From Pseudomonadota bacterium (GTDB lineage: Bacteria > Pseudomonadota > Gammaproteobacteria > Burkholderiales > Burkholderiaceae_D), in contig JAZKIN010000135.1 in NCBI GenBank assembly GCA_040384885.1, positions 16,070 to 80,069 on the forward strand: a DNA stretch of 64,000 nt. The letters are read 5' to 3'. How positions within the stretch are numbered: the first letter of the stretch is position 1; each line of letters starts with the position of its first letter. A program made the translations under genes and the position numbers. Positions 19,215-30,288 of the stretch are shown one piece after another. The notes under the pieces were generated by a model that was given only the letters and a program-made list of their open reading frames with translations, was not told the DNA's origin and searched no databases.

Positions 19215-20354
19215 ATGCAAGAGCCGGGCGTCACGCTGGATCTGGTCGAGGAAAACGCCGCCCTGCGCGCGCGCATGGACTACCTGCTCGAACAGGCCGA
19301 ACGCAACCACGACATCATGTGCCGGCACCAGAGCTTCGACCTCGATATTGTCGGCGCGGGCAGTTTTCCCGACCTGGTCGGCACCATTTTTCGCGAGCTT
19401 CCCGTGGTCTCCGAGCTCGACGTGGTGGCGCTGGCGCTGCTCGACATCGGCGACGACATCCACAGCACCATGCACAAGTTGGGCGTCGATTTCGCCGACT
19501 TTCCGCACCTCGTGTTCGTGCAGGCCGAGGCCGACCTCGGCTTCGTGCCCTCGCGCAGCCCGCTGTTCACGGGCCCGCCCAAGCCGCTGCTGGGACCCTA
19601 CCATCCGGCGGTGCACCAGGCGATGTTCCCGCACGCGCCGGTCGGCATGCAAAGCATCGCGCTGGTGCCGCTGCTGCGCAACAAGTGCCTGATCGGCAGC
19701 CTCAATCTGGGCAGTGCCGACCCCTCGCGCTTCACGCCCTCGATGGGCACCGACTTCGTCGAGCATATGGGATCGATCATCGCGATCTGCCTCGAGAACG
19801 TGATCAGCAACGAGATGCTCAAGTACATCGGCCTGACCGACGCCCTGACCGGGGTCTACAACCGGCGCTACATGGACCGCCGCATGCTCGAGGAGATCGC
19901 GCGCGCGCAGCGCCAGAACTACCGCGTCTCGTGCATGTACATCGACATCGACCACTTCAAGCGCGTCAACGACAGCGTCGGCCACCAGGGCGGCGACGAG
20001 GTCCTGCGCGAGGTCGCCGCGCGTATCAAGGCCGAGTTGCGCCTGTCGGACGCGCTGGGCCGCTTCGGCGGCGAAGAATTCGTGGTGCTCCTGATCGATG
20101 CCGACGGCGCCAGCGCCGGCATCGTGGCCGAGCGTATCCGGGCCAGCGTGGCGTCGTCGCCGTTCGTCCTGTCGTGCAAGGTGGAGCTGTCGGTGTCGGT
20201 CTCGATCGGCGTGGCCACGCTGCTCGACCTGGGACGCGAGCGCGCGATCGAGGCGGTCTCGCAGGAACTCGTGGCGCAGGCCGATTCGGCCTTGTACCGC
20301 GCCAAGGAGGGCGGGCGCAACCTGGTGGTCAGCTTCGCGGAGGACGAGGCCTGA
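19215..20354 (+). CDS. Diguanylate cyclase with N-terminal DUF484/GAF-like domain
   Basis: TDALTGVYNRR, DIDHFKRVND, GHQGGDEVL, RFGGEEF and ALYRAKEGGRN motifs. Confidence 0.95.
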   Translation: MQEPGVTLDLVEENAALRARMDYLLEQAERNHDIMCRHQSFDLDIVGAGSFPDLVGTIFRELPVVSELDVVALALLDIGDDIHSTMHKLGVDFADFPHLVFVQAEADLGFVPSRSPLFTGPPKPLLGPYHPAVHQAMFPHAPVGMQSIALVPLLRNKCLIGSLNLGSADPSRFTPSMGTDFVEHMGSIIAICLENVISNEMLKYIGLTDALTGVYNRRYMDRRMLEEIARAQRQNYRVSCMYIDIDHFKRVNDSVGHQGGDEVLREVAARIKAELRLSDALGRFGGEEFVVLLIDADGASAGIVAERIRASVASSPFVLSCKVELSVSVSIGVATLLDLGRERAIEAVSQELVAQADSALYRAKEGGRNLVVSFAEDEA

Positions 20355-20404
20355 TCGGCTGTGGAAGTCCGGTTTCGGCCAAAAGCAGTCGTTGGAGCGC
20401 CTGT

Positions 20405-20617
20405 ATGGAAGGGGGGGAGTATCTGCTGGACCGTTTTCTGTCGACGATCGATGACGTACAAGCGGACGGTGCGTTCGTACCGAAGTGGGACGGTCAACGT
20501 TCGAGCAATCGATGTACGGTCGTAATGACGAAAGTCGAAGTGGACTATGTGTGGCGTCAGGATTCTGATGACATAGCGCAATCGCTTCAGGACTGGCTGA
20601 CTACAAATCTATGCTGA
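20405..20617 (+). pseudogene. Short hypothetical ORF or degraded gene remnant
   Basis: 70-aa frame with protein-like content (KWDGQRSSNRCTVV..DYVWRQD), poor start context and atypical codon usage. Confidence 0.35.
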
Positions 20618-20664
20618 CGAACCCCGGCGGCAGGAAAACGCCAAGCTAATAGAAAGCGCGCTTC

Positions 20665-20925
20665 ATGACAAAGTTCGGACTCATACTCGCTGGTCTGTTT
20701 CCCATAATTGCCTTCATTATTTTAAGCTTGGGGTCGCTTCTGCCAGGCTGCAATCTCGGCGGCTCAGGTGGGCCGGCCAGCGGATGCCAGCTGATCGGGA
20801 TTGACATCAGTGCCTTAATCGGGTTCGGTACCACTGCGTTCGTCCTCTCCTTTTTTGCCGTCCCCATTGGCCTGATTATCGCTGTCATCGGTGCTTTCAT
20901 GCCACGATCGGCGACCGACGAATAG
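20665..20925 (+). CDS. Small two-TM membrane protein with a Cys pair in the loop
   Basis: Two hydrophobic helices flanking PGCNLGGSGGPASGC. Confidence 0.65.
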   Translation: MTKFGLILAGLFPIIAFIILSLGSLLPGCNLGGSGGPASGCQLIGIDISALIGFGTTAFVLSFFAVPIGLIIAVIGAFMPRSATDE

Positions 20926-21120
20926 ATTGGGTTATTTTGTGTTGTGGGGCGAGCGCCACCAAACACGTATTATGTTTGCTGGAAGTGAAAAGTAGCACGT
21001 CATGCGCTGCATTGCGTTTCCAACTTACACGATTCCGCCTTTTGACCCGTGCGCCCGGCGCCGACTAGGCGCAACACGAAAAAATTCCGTTTCCACATGG
21101 CCCGCACGGCCAAAGGCTCC

Positions 21121-22245
21121 ATGCTCGACACGACTATTTCGCACCATTCGGCTGTCCCACTGCCTCCCCTCGACGCACAAGTCATCGAAGCCCATGCCGC
21201 CCTTTCCGACAAGGCCGGAATGCTTGTCCCGGAACTGCAAGCCCTGCTCCATGCGCGCGGCTGGCTTGCCATGCTGGCACCGGCCGCGACCGGAGGCGCC
21301 GAACTAGCGCTACCCGAAGCGGTGCGCCTGGAGGAGGCCATCGCCGCCGCCGACGGCAGCACCGGCTGGACCGTCACCCTGTGCGCAGGCGCCGCCTGGT
21401 TCGCCGGTTTCCTGGAGCCCAATTTCGCGCGCGAGATCATCGGCACGCCGGGCCTGTGCGTCGGCGGTAGCGGCGCGCCGACCGGGTTCGCCGAGCCTGA
21501 CGGCGACGGCTACCGGCTAGGCGGGGATTGGGACATCGCCACGGGCGCGCCGCTGGCCACCCACTACACGCTCAACGCCATCCTGCGCGAAGGCGGCCAG
21601 CCTTTGCTCGACCAGCATGGCGCGCCGCGCATACGCGCCTTCATCTTGCCGGCGCAGAGTGTGCGTATGCACGCCACCTGGCACAGCATCGGTTTGAGGG
21701 CCACCGCGTCGCACAGTTTCAGCATCGATGGCGTGTGGGTCGCCGCGCGCCATGCGTTCGACATCGCGCCCGAGCACGCGACGGCGCCGGGGCCGCTGTA
21801 CCGCTTTCCGTTTGTCACGCTGGCGTTCGTCACGCTTGCGGCCAACGTGGCGGGCATGGCGCAGCATTTCCTGGACCTCGCCGCTCCGCTGATAGCTGGT
21901 CGCCGCCATCCATTGGCAGGACGTGTGCTGGGGGAGATCCCGGAGGTCGTCGAGGCCGTGCGTCAGGCCGGGCAGGATCTCGCCGAGGCGCGCACGCACT
22001 TCTATCGCCTGCTTGACGCGATGTGGGAGCGGGTCTGCATCAACGCCGCGCTCGACGCCGGCCAGGCGCAGGCGCTGCATGCGGCCTCGCTTGCGTTGGT
22101 CAATACTGGCCGCAATGCCGTCGATACCTTGTATCCGTATTGCGGCCTGCATGCTGCCGATGCGCGCAGCGACATCAACCGGGTCTGGCGCGACTTGCAT
22201 ACGGCCACGCAGCACGCCATGCTGCTGCCCCTGCACACGCAATAG
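21121..22245 (+). CDS. Acyl-CoA dehydrogenase-like flavin-dependent monooxygenase (HsaA/IacA-like)
   Basis: ADGSTGW, WDIATGA, TWHSIGLRATASH and RVWRDLHTATQH motifs. Confidence 0.85.
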   Translation: MLDTTISHHSAVPLPPLDAQVIEAHAALSDKAGMLVPELQALLHARGWLAMLAPAATGGAELALPEAVRLEEAIAAADGSTGWTVTLCAGAAWFAGFLEPNFAREIIGTPGLCVGGSGAPTGFAEPDGDGYRLGGDWDIATGAPLATHYTLNAILREGGQPLLDQHGAPRIRAFILPAQSVRMHATWHSIGLRATASHSFSIDGVWVAARHAFDIAPEHATAPGPLYRFPFVTLAFVTLAANVAGMAQHFLDLAAPLIAGRRHPLAGRVLGEIPEVVEAVRQAGQDLAEARTHFYRLLDAMWERVCINAALDAGQAQALHAASLALVNTGRNAVDTLYPYCGLHAADARSDINRVWRDLHTATQHAMLLPLHTQ

Positions 22246-22392
22246 CAAGCGCGCGCCGTTCGGCGGCCACGCAAGCTACTGGCTTTTGAAAACGGCTTTC
22301 GGCCCCGCTGCACCGCCCCGAACGATCCCGCAACAGCGCCCGTCGCCGGGCCTGCATCACCGGTTCACACCTGCGCTACGCTGCGCTGGGTC

Positions 22393-23307
22393 TTATGCAA
22401 AGCGGCCGGTCAACTGCTCGGAAACCTCCCATAGTCGCTTGGCAACGTCGATGTCCAGCGCCTGCGGGGGCGCTTTTGCGACGATGGGCGCGCCGCGCAT
22501 TTCGTTGAATCTCTGCGGCCCAAAGTAGCCGCCAGCCGTGGCAGCCGCGGAAGTGGCAGCAAAGAGCGTCGGCAATGCGCCATCGGATGCTGGTTGAAAC
22601 AAAATTTTTGCAAACAGCAGCCGTATCACACCAAAGACGCTGAACCAGCCGGTACCGTTGGCGACCAAATCCGTACGTGAAAGACCTGGATGCGCGCCGA
22701 TGCTGGTCAGGCCCCATCCCGCGGCATCGCTCTGGCGTTGCAATTCGAATGCGAACATCAGGCAGGCAAGCTTTGATTGACTATAGACCGCCAGGGGTTT
22801 GTAGGCATGTTCGGCTTGCAAGTCTGCGAAATGGATCGCCCCACTGCGCGCTGCGATACTCGACACGGTGACCACGCGCGGATTATTCCCATTGAGAAGC
22901 AATGGCAGCAACTGCGCGGTCAGTGCGAAATGACCGAGATAGTTGGTCCCGAGTTGCAGTTCAAAACCGTCCGAAGTCGCTTGCCGTTTGGGCGGCATCA
23001 TCACGGCGGCGTTATTGATGAGCAGGTCGAGACGGTCGCATTGGGCGCGCAATCGGGTGCCAAACGCGGCCACGGAGTTAAGGCTGGCCAGGTCGAGCAG
23101 TTCGAAACGCACCGACCCATGGGGAACGCACTGCCGGATCTGCGCGACGGCATGGTTGCCCTTCATTGGATTTCGCCCGGCGATGATGACATCTGCGCCG
23201 GCGCGCGCAAGCTCCAGCGCGGCCTCGAAGCCGAGACCGCCGGTGCCGGTGACTACCGCAGAGCGCCCGGCTTGTGAAAGAATGTCGGATGCTTTCCAAC
23301 CGCTCAT
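22393..23307 (-). CDS. SDR oxidoreductase (retinol dehydrogenase/WWOX-like)
   Basis: VTGTGGLG, LDLASL, DGFELQLGTNYLGHFALT, YSQSK and AHPG motifs. GGAG RBS. Confidence 0.93.
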   Translation of the reverse strand: MSGWKASDILSQAGRSAVVTGTGGLGFEAALELARAGADVIIAGRNPMKGNHAVAQIRQCVPHGSVRFELLDLASLNSVAAFGTRLRAQCDRLDLLINNAAVMMPPKRQATSDGFELQLGTNYLGHFALTAQLLPLLLNGNNPRVVTVSSIAARSGAIHFADLQAEHAYKPLAVYSQSKLACLMFAFELQRQSDAAGWGLTSIGAHPGLSRTDLVANGTGWFSVFGVIRLLFAKILFQPASDGALPTLFAATSAAATAGGYFGPQRFNEMRGAPIVAKAPPQALDIDVAKRLWEVSEQLTGRFA

Positions 23308-23326
23308 GGTATTCTCCGCTTGTTTT

Positions 23327-23360
23327 TGCACCAAGTGCATAATTTATTGCACTTGGTGCA
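23327..23360. promoter_or_regulatory. Twin TetR operator
   Basis: TGCACCAAGTGCA (23327-23339) and its exact reverse complement (23348-23360) between the divergent SDR and TetR genes. Confidence 0.8.
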
Positions 23361-23378
23361 TTTTGTAAAGGGAAGATT

Positions 23379-23999
23379 TTGGCTCGAACAGACATTGACG
23401 GCGCTCCGGCAAAGGACGAAGGCCTGCGTGAACGCAAGCGGCGCGCAACACTCCAACGCATCGCTGAAACCGGCCTGCAACTCTTTCTTACGCATGGATA
23501 CGAGCGCACCACGCTCGATGCGATCGCCGCCGAAGCCGGCATTTCGCGGCGCACCTTCTTCTCTTATTTCAAATCGAAAGAAGACATCCTGTTGACATGG
23601 CAAAGCGGAACCTGGGATGCGTTGCGCGCCGACCTGCTCAAAGAATCGCCCGATCAAACGCCACTCGACGCCGTGTGCAAGCTGATGGTGAAACATGTAT
23701 CGCGTTTTGAATCAGAGCAATTGTTCGCAATCGACCGCCTGATGCGTTCCACCGAAGCATTGCGCACGTTGAAGCAGGCCGGATACGGGGTTCAGGAACA
23801 GGCCTTGTACACAAGCATGTGCGAAGTCTGGCGCCAGCCGGAACGGCATCCGGGGCTGCGCCTTGTGGCGATGGCGGCGGTCGGCGCGATGCGCGTGGCG
23901 CTCGAGGCTTGCTGCAATCAAACCGGTGATCGGCCGGCCGCGAAGTTCTTGGAAGAAACCTTTGAAACGCTGAAGTCCGAAATCCGGTTTTCCGCTTAA
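23379..23999 (+). CDS. TetR/AcrR family transcriptional regulator
   Basis: GLRERKR, GYERTTLDAIAAEAGISRRTFFSYFKSKED HTH. TTG start. Confidence 0.93.
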   Translation: MARTDIDGAPAKDEGLRERKRRATLQRIAETGLQLFLTHGYERTTLDAIAAEAGISRRTFFSYFKSKEDILLTWQSGTWDALRADLLKESPDQTPLDAVCKLMVKHVSRFESEQLFAIDRLMRSTEALRTLKQAGYGVQEQALYTSMCEVWRQPERHPGLRLVAMAAVGAMRVALEACCNQTGDRPAAKFLEETFETLKSEIRFSA

Positions 24000-24030
24000 G
24001 TCAGTCACCTACTAAGGACCTATCTAGCCC

Positions 24031-24573
24031 ATGCCAAGCACATTCGCGCGCGTTACACCTGTCGCGCTCCCTCCGCACTCGAGCATCACGCACGTCTACA
24101 AGTCGACGAACCTTGCGGACGCGTTCGCAATCGATCTTCCTGTTGGCGCGTCCGGCGACCCCGATCTACTGGCCCGGTTCATCTTCGCGCAGCAGCCAGG
24201 TTGGATCGTCAATCTCACCAAGGTGCGGGACGCGATCGTTGTGTGCTTCGGCCTCAAAACCGCCAAGCACTTGGCCACGCTTGCCGGCGCCGGCGCCGAT
24301 CGGGTTGGTATCTTCAAGGTCTACAGCACGAGCGCGACCGAAATCATATTGGGGGAGGACGACAAGCATCTCGATTTCCGATTGTCGGTGCTTTGCTCCG
24401 CCGGACCCACCCCCGAGGCCGGCCGTCGACTGACCGTTTCAACCGTCGTCCACTGCCATAACCTGCTGGGGCGGTCCTACCTGTTTGTGATCGCCCCGTT
24501 TCACCGCTTGGTGGTGAAGGCCAGCCTGCGGCGTGCCGCCGATGTCGGCTGGCCGGAGGCTTTGCCTCGATAG
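24031..24573 (+). CDS. DUF2867-like protein
   Basis: RDAIV..FGLK, RVGIF, EIILGEDDKHLDFR, VHCHNLLGR and PFHRLVV motifs. Confidence 0.8.
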   Translation: MPSTFARVTPVALPPHSSITHVYKSTNLADAFAIDLPVGASGDPDLLARFIFAQQPGWIVNLTKVRDAIVVCFGLKTAKHLATLAGAGADRVGIFKVYSTSATEIILGEDDKHLDFRLSVLCSAGPTPEAGRRLTVSTVVHCHNLLGRSYLFVIAPFHRLVVKASLRRAADVGWPEALPR

Positions 24574-24603
24574 GGTTGCGGGCGCGACCCTCCGGGCAAA
24601 CGG

Positions 24604-26589
24604 CTACTGCAGCAGCCGGCCCTCGGCCCGGTGCACCGCCTCGGCCGAGCCGCGCAGCACCACCACGTCGCCGGCCAGCAGTTCGGTCAACGGGGTCGCC
24701 TCGATGCGCTCTTTGCCGCGCCGCAGCGCCGTCACTTCGGCCCCCACCTCGTCGAGTTCGAGCGAGGCGATGGTCTTGCCGACCGCGCCCGCGTCCTCGC
24801 GCATGATGACCGAATGGAGCCGCACGAACAGGTGCTCGTCTTCGTCCCCCATGTCGCTCGCGCCATGGAAGTAGCCGCGCAGCGAGGCGTAACGCTCGTC
24901 GCGCGCGCTTTGCACGCGGTGCACCACGCGCCGCAGCGGCACGCCCATCATCACCAGCGCGTGCGAGGCGAGCATCAGGCTGCCCTCGAGCGCCTCGGGC
25001 ACGACCTCGGTGGCGCCGGCCTTTTTCAGCAGGTCGAGGTCGGTGTCGTCGTGGCTGCGCACGATCACGGGCAGCGTCGGCGCCAGCTCGTGCACGAGGT
25101 GCAGCACGCGCAGCGCCGATTGCGTGTTGGCGTAGGTGACCACCAACGCGCTGGCGCGGTAGATGCCGGCCGCGATCAGGCTCTCGCGCCGCGCCGCGTC
25201 GCCGTACGAGACGCTGGCGCCGGCGATCCGGGCCTCCTGCACCCGCTCGGGGTCGAGGTCGAGCGCGAGGTAGGGTATTTTTTCTTCGCCCAGCAGGGTC
25301 GCCAGCGTCTGCCCGCTGCGCCCGAAGCCGGCCACGATCACGTGCTTCTGGCTGGCCATCGTGCGGCTGGCGATCTGGGTCAGCTGGAGCGACTGCATCA
25401 TCCATTCGTTGGCCGAGAACTTGAGCACGATCTTGTCCGAATGCTCGATCATGAACGGCGCCACCAGCATCGACAACACCATCGAGGCGAGCACCAGCTG
25501 GATGATGAACGGGTCGATCAGCTTGGCCTCGGCGCTCAGGCTAAGCAGCACGAAGCCGAATTCGCCGGCCTGCGCCAGCGCCAGGCCGGTGCGCATCGAG
25601 GTGCCCACGTTGGCGCCGAAGGCGCGTGCCAAGAGCGCGATCAGCGCGAACTTGAGCAGCACCGGGCCGGTAAGCAGCAGCAGCACCAGCCACCAGTTCT
25701 CGAGCACCAGGCGCACATTGAGCAGCATGCCGATGGTGATGAAGAACAGCCCGAGCAGCACGTCGCGGAACGGTTTGATGTCCTCTTCGACCTGGTGCTT
25801 GTACTGCGTCTCGGAGATCAGCATGCCGGCCACGAAGGCGCCCAGCGCGAGCGACAGGCCGGCGCGCTCGGTGATCCAGGCCGCGCCGAGCGTGATCAGG
25901 AGCAGGTTCAGCATGAACAGCTCCTGCGAGCGCCGCTTGACCACCACCGTGAACCACTTGCGCATCAGTTTCTGGCCGATGAACAGCAGCAGCACCAGCA
26001 CGATGACGGCCTTGACGCCGGCCCAGGCCAGCGTCTCGGCCAGTTTTTCGGGCGCGATCCCGAGCGAGGGGATCAGGATCAGCAGCGGCACCACGGCCAG
26101 ATCCTGGAACAACAGGATGCCGATGATCTTGCGCCCGTGCTCGCTCTCGAGCTCGAGCCGCTCGGTGAGCATTTTTACAACAATCGCGGTCGACGACATG
26201 GCCAGCGCGCCGCCCAGCGCGAACGCGGCCTGCCAGGTGATGTTGAGCGAGGCCGGCAGCACGTAGCTGATCACCCAGCCGAACAACATGGTCAGCGCGA
26301 TCGTGGTCGTCACCTGCGCCATGCCGAGCCCGAACACGACACGCCGCATCGCCATCAGTTGCGAGAGCGAGAATTCGAGCCCGATCGAGAACATCAGGAA
26401 CACGACCCCGAATTCGGCCAGCGTGTGGGTGGTGTGGTTGTTGTCGGCCATGCCGAGCGCGTGCGGCCCGATCAGGATGCCGACGGCCAGGTAGCCGAGC
26501 ATCGGCGGCAGGTGCAACATGCGGAAGGCGACCACGCCGAGGACGGCGCTACCGAGCAATACGAGGGTGAGTTCAAGGCCTGAAAACAT
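24604..26589 (-). CDS. Monovalent cation:proton antiporter-2 (CPA2, Kef/YbaL-like) with TrkA-N and TrkA-C domains
   Basis: Multiple TM helices, LAEFGVVFLMFSIGLE, SSTAIV, LLFQD, GEFGFV and GFGRSGQ motifs. Confidence 0.93.
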   Translation of the reverse strand: MFSGLELTLVLLGSAVLGVVAFRMLHLPPMLGYLAVGILIGPHALGMADNNHTTHTLAEFGVVFLMFSIGLEFSLSQLMAMRRVVFGLGMAQVTTTIALTMLFGWVISYVLPASLNITWQAAFALGGALAMSSTAIVVKMLTERLELESEHGRKIIGILLFQDLAVVPLLILIPSLGIAPEKLAETLAWAGVKAVIVLVLLLFIGQKLMRKWFTVVVKRRSQELFMLNLLLITLGAAWITERAGLSLALGAFVAGMLISETQYKHQVEEDIKPFRDVLLGLFFITIGMLLNVRLVLENWWLVLLLLTGPVLLKFALIALLARAFGANVGTSMRTGLALAQAGEFGFVLLSLSAEAKLIDPFIIQLVLASMVLSMLVAPFMIEHSDKIVLKFSANEWMMQSLQLTQIASRTMASQKHVIVAGFGRSGQTLATLLGEEKIPYLALDLDPERVQEARIAGASVSYGDAARRESLIAAGIYRASALVVTYANTQSALRVLHLVHELAPTLPVIVRSHDDTDLDLLKKAGATEVVPEALEGSLMLASHALVMMGVPLRRVVHRVQSARDERYASLRGYFHGASDMGDEDEHLFVRLHSVIMREDAGAVGKTIASLELDEVGAEVTALRRGKERIEATPLTELLAGDVVVLRGSAEAVHRAEGRLLQ

Positions 26590-26686
26590 GCAGCTGACGT
26601 CTGAAAAAGGGTGGGGTCGAGGGTGGAATCGCGCTTTGTTGCGACTGGCAAGTTTTTTGCTTTCGCAATTCGTTTATACTTCCATC

Positions 26687-27709
26687 ATGAGTGTAACCGA
26701 TGAAAAAACAATGCTGAAACAATTTGACCCAAATATCACCCGACGCGCCATGCAGCTGGCCCGCGAGACGCTCGAAATCGAAGCCGACGCGATCAGTGCG
26801 CTGCAAGTGCGCCTCGAGTCCGACGACAGCGTCGGCCACGCGGTCGGGCTGCTGCTCGCCTGCGGCGGCCGGGTGGTGGTCTCGGGCATCGGCAAATCGG
26901 GCCACATCGCGCGCAAGATCGCCGCCACGCTGTCCTCGACCGGCACCCCGGCCATGTTCGTGCATCCGGCCGAGGCGGCCCACGGCGACCTCGGCATGGT
27001 CACCGCGCAAGACGCCTTCATCGCCATCTCCAACTCGGGCGAGACGAGCGAACTCATGTCGATCCTCCCGATCGTCAAGCGCATGGGCGCGCCCCTGATC
27101 GCCATGACCGGCAACCCGGCTTCTAGCCTGGCGCTGCTGGCCGACGTCCACCTCGACGTCTCGGTCGCCAAAGAGGCCTGCCCGCTCAACCTGGCGCCGA
27201 CCGCCAGCACCACCGTCACGCTGGCGCTGGGCGACGCGCTGGCCGTCGCGCTGCTCGACGCGCGCGGCTTTCGCGAAGAAGACTTCGCCCGCTCGCATCC
27301 GGGCGGCGCGCTCGGGCGCCGCCTGCTCACGCATGTGCGCGACGTCATGCGCAGCGGCGCTGCGGTGCCGTCGGTCACGGCCGACGTCTCGCTGTCGCAG
27401 GCGCTGCTCGAGATCACCGAAAAAGGCATGGGCATGACCGCCATCGTCGACGCCGACCAGCGTCCGATCGGCGTGTTCACCGACGGCGACCTGCGCCGCA
27501 TGATCGAACGGGTCCAGGATTTTTCAAAGGTCGTCATCCGCGACGTCATGCACGCCGACCCGCGCCGGGTCAACCCGGACCAACTGGCCGTGGACGCGGT
27601 CGCGATCATGGAGCAGTACCGGATCAACCAGATGCTGGTGGTCGACGCCGACGACCGGCTGGTCGGCGCGCTGCACATCCACGACCTCACGCGCGCAAAG
27701 GTGATCTGA
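26687..27709 (+). CDS. kdsD: Arabinose-5-phosphate isomerase (SIS + CBS domains)
   Basis: GIGKSGHI, HPAEAAHGDLG, EACPLNLAPTAST and SHPGGALG motifs. Confidence 0.95.
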   Translation: MSVTDEKTMLKQFDPNITRRAMQLARETLEIEADAISALQVRLESDDSVGHAVGLLLACGGRVVVSGIGKSGHIARKIAATLSSTGTPAMFVHPAEAAHGDLGMVTAQDAFIAISNSGETSELMSILPIVKRMGAPLIAMTGNPASSLALLADVHLDVSVAKEACPLNLAPTASTTVTLALGDALAVALLDARGFREEDFARSHPGGALGRRLLTHVRDVMRSGAAVPSVTADVSLSQALLEITEKGMGMTAIVDADQRPIGVFTDGDLRRMIERVQDFSKVVIRDVMHADPRRVNPDQLAVDAVAIMEQYRINQMLVVDADDRLVGALHIHDLTRAKVI

Positions 27710-28251
27710 TGAACGGCCTGAACAAAGAACTCGAACATATGCGGCGCGCCGCCGCCGTCAAGGTCATGATCTTCGACGTCGACGGCGTGCTTACCGACGG
27801 CAGCCTGACCTACAACGCCGACGGCGAGGCGACCAAGACCTTCAATGTGCTCGACGGCCTGGGCATCCAGATGCTGCAAAAGTCGGGCGTGGCCACGGCC
27901 ATCATCAGCGCGCGCAACTCGCCGATCGTGGTGCGGCGCGCGGCCGACCTTGGCATCGCCCATGTGCACCAGGGCATCCACGACAAGCGCATCGCGTTTG
28001 CCCGCCTGCTCGAGGCCACCGGCGTCACGGCCGACCAATGCGGCTACATCGGCGACGACGTGATCGACCTGCCGCTGCTGCTGCAGGTCGGCTTCGCGGT
28101 CGCCGTGCCGAGCGGCCACGCCGAGGTCCAGCACCGCGCCCATTACGTCACGCGCGCCGGCGGCGGGCGCGGCGCGGTGCGCGAAGTGTGCGACATGCTG
28201 ATGCGGGCCCAGGGCACGTACGAGCAGGCGCTGGCGCAGTACTTCGCCTGA
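27709..28251 (+). CDS. kdsC: KDO-8-phosphate phosphatase
   Basis: HAD motif FDVDGVLTDG, YIGDD..D and GGRGAVRE. Confidence 0.95.
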   Translation: MNGLNKELEHMRRAAAVKVMIFDVDGVLTDGSLTYNADGEATKTFNVLDGLGIQMLQKSGVATAIISARNSPIVVRRAADLGIAHVHQGIHDKRIAFARLLEATGVTADQCGYIGDDVIDLPLLLQVGFAVAVPSGHAEVQHRAHYVTRAGGGRGAVREVCDMLMRAQGTYEQALAQYFA

Positions 28252-28258
28252 CCCGCAT

Positions 28259-28858
28259 ATGGCCCCCGTCTACAAACGCACCGCGCACCGCTGGAACCTG
28301 ATCGCGCTGATCACCGGCGCGATCACGCTGGCCGCCGCCAGCTTCTGGCTGCTGCAGCTGATGACCCGCAGCGGCGACGCGCTGCAGGCCGACGCCAACA
28401 AGAACGAACCCGATTACATCGTCGAAAACTTCAGCATCGTGCGCATGTCGGCGGCCGGCAAGCCGCGCTACATCATCTCGGGCGCCAAGTTGAGCCACCG
28501 CCCCGTGGGCGACTGGTCCGACGTCGACGGGCCGCTGGTGCAAAACCTCGAGCCGGGGCGCCCGCCGATGGTCATCAAGGCGCGCAAGGCGCGCATCCTG
28601 CATGCCGACGACGAGGTCCATTTGCTGGGCAATGTCAGGATCGAACGGGCCGCCTCGCCGGCCGGCGAGCGCCTGATGCTGGCCACCGAGGCGCTCACCG
28701 TCTATCCCGACCAGGACCGCATGCAGACCGCGCTGCCGGTCCGGATGGCGATCGGCGGCGCCACCGTCACCGGCACCGGCCTGACCTTCGACAACGCCAA
28801 ACGCACGCTGCACATGGCCAGCCGCGGCCACGCCGTCTACCCGCCAAAAAGGCGCTAG
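28259..28858 (+). CDS. lptC: LPS export protein LptC
   Basis: N-terminal TM helix, EPDYIVENF motif and operon position. Confidence 0.9.
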   Translation: MAPVYKRTAHRWNLIALITGAITLAAASFWLLQLMTRSGDALQADANKNEPDYIVENFSIVRMSAAGKPRYIISGAKLSHRPVGDWSDVDGPLVQNLEPGRPPMVIKARKARILHADDEVHLLGNVRIERAASPAGERLMLATEALTVYPDQDRMQTALPVRMAIGGATVTGTGLTFDNAKRTLHMASRGHAVYPPKRR

Positions 28859-28883
28859 CCCGAACCAAACAAGGATCAAATCA

Positions 28884-29458
28884 ATGAAAAAATTAATGCT
28901 CGCCGCCGTCATGGCCTTGGTCGCCGCAACCGCGTGGGCCGAGCGCGCCGACTCCAACAAGCCGATCTCGATCACCTACGAGACCTTCGACGCCGACGAC
29001 GTCTCGCAGATTAAGACCTTCACCGGCAACGTCGTGCTGACGCGCGGCACCCTGATCATGAAGGCCGAAAAAGCGGTCCTGCGCGAAGACAAGGAGGGCT
29101 ACCAGTCGGTCGTGCTGACGGCCGCGCCGGGCAAGCTGGCGACCTTCCGCCAGAAGCGCGACGGCGGTCCCGACCTGTGGGTCGAGGGCCAGGCCGAACG
29201 CATCGAATACGACGACCGCAGCGAGTTGGTAAAGCTGTTCTCGCGCGCCCAGATCCGCCAGATCGACGGCGGCACGATGAGTAACGAGATCGACAGCGAG
29301 TTCATCTCGTACGACAGCCGCAAGGAGCAGTTCGTGGTGCGCAACGACGCGAGCGGCGTCAACAAGCCGGGCAAGGGCCGCGGCACGCTGATCATCGCGC
29401 CCAAGAAGCCGCGCGCGCCTGCGCCCGCCGCCACGCCGGAACCGGCCGCGGTCAAGCC

Positions 29459-29462
<4 letters not shown>
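28884..29462 (+). CDS. lptA: LPS transport periplasmic protein LptA
   Basis: Signal peptide, [20 protein letters not shown] and FRQKRDG motifs. Confidence 0.93.
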
Positions 29463-30277
<815 letters not shown>

Positions 30278-30288
30278 TTGAATTGGTC

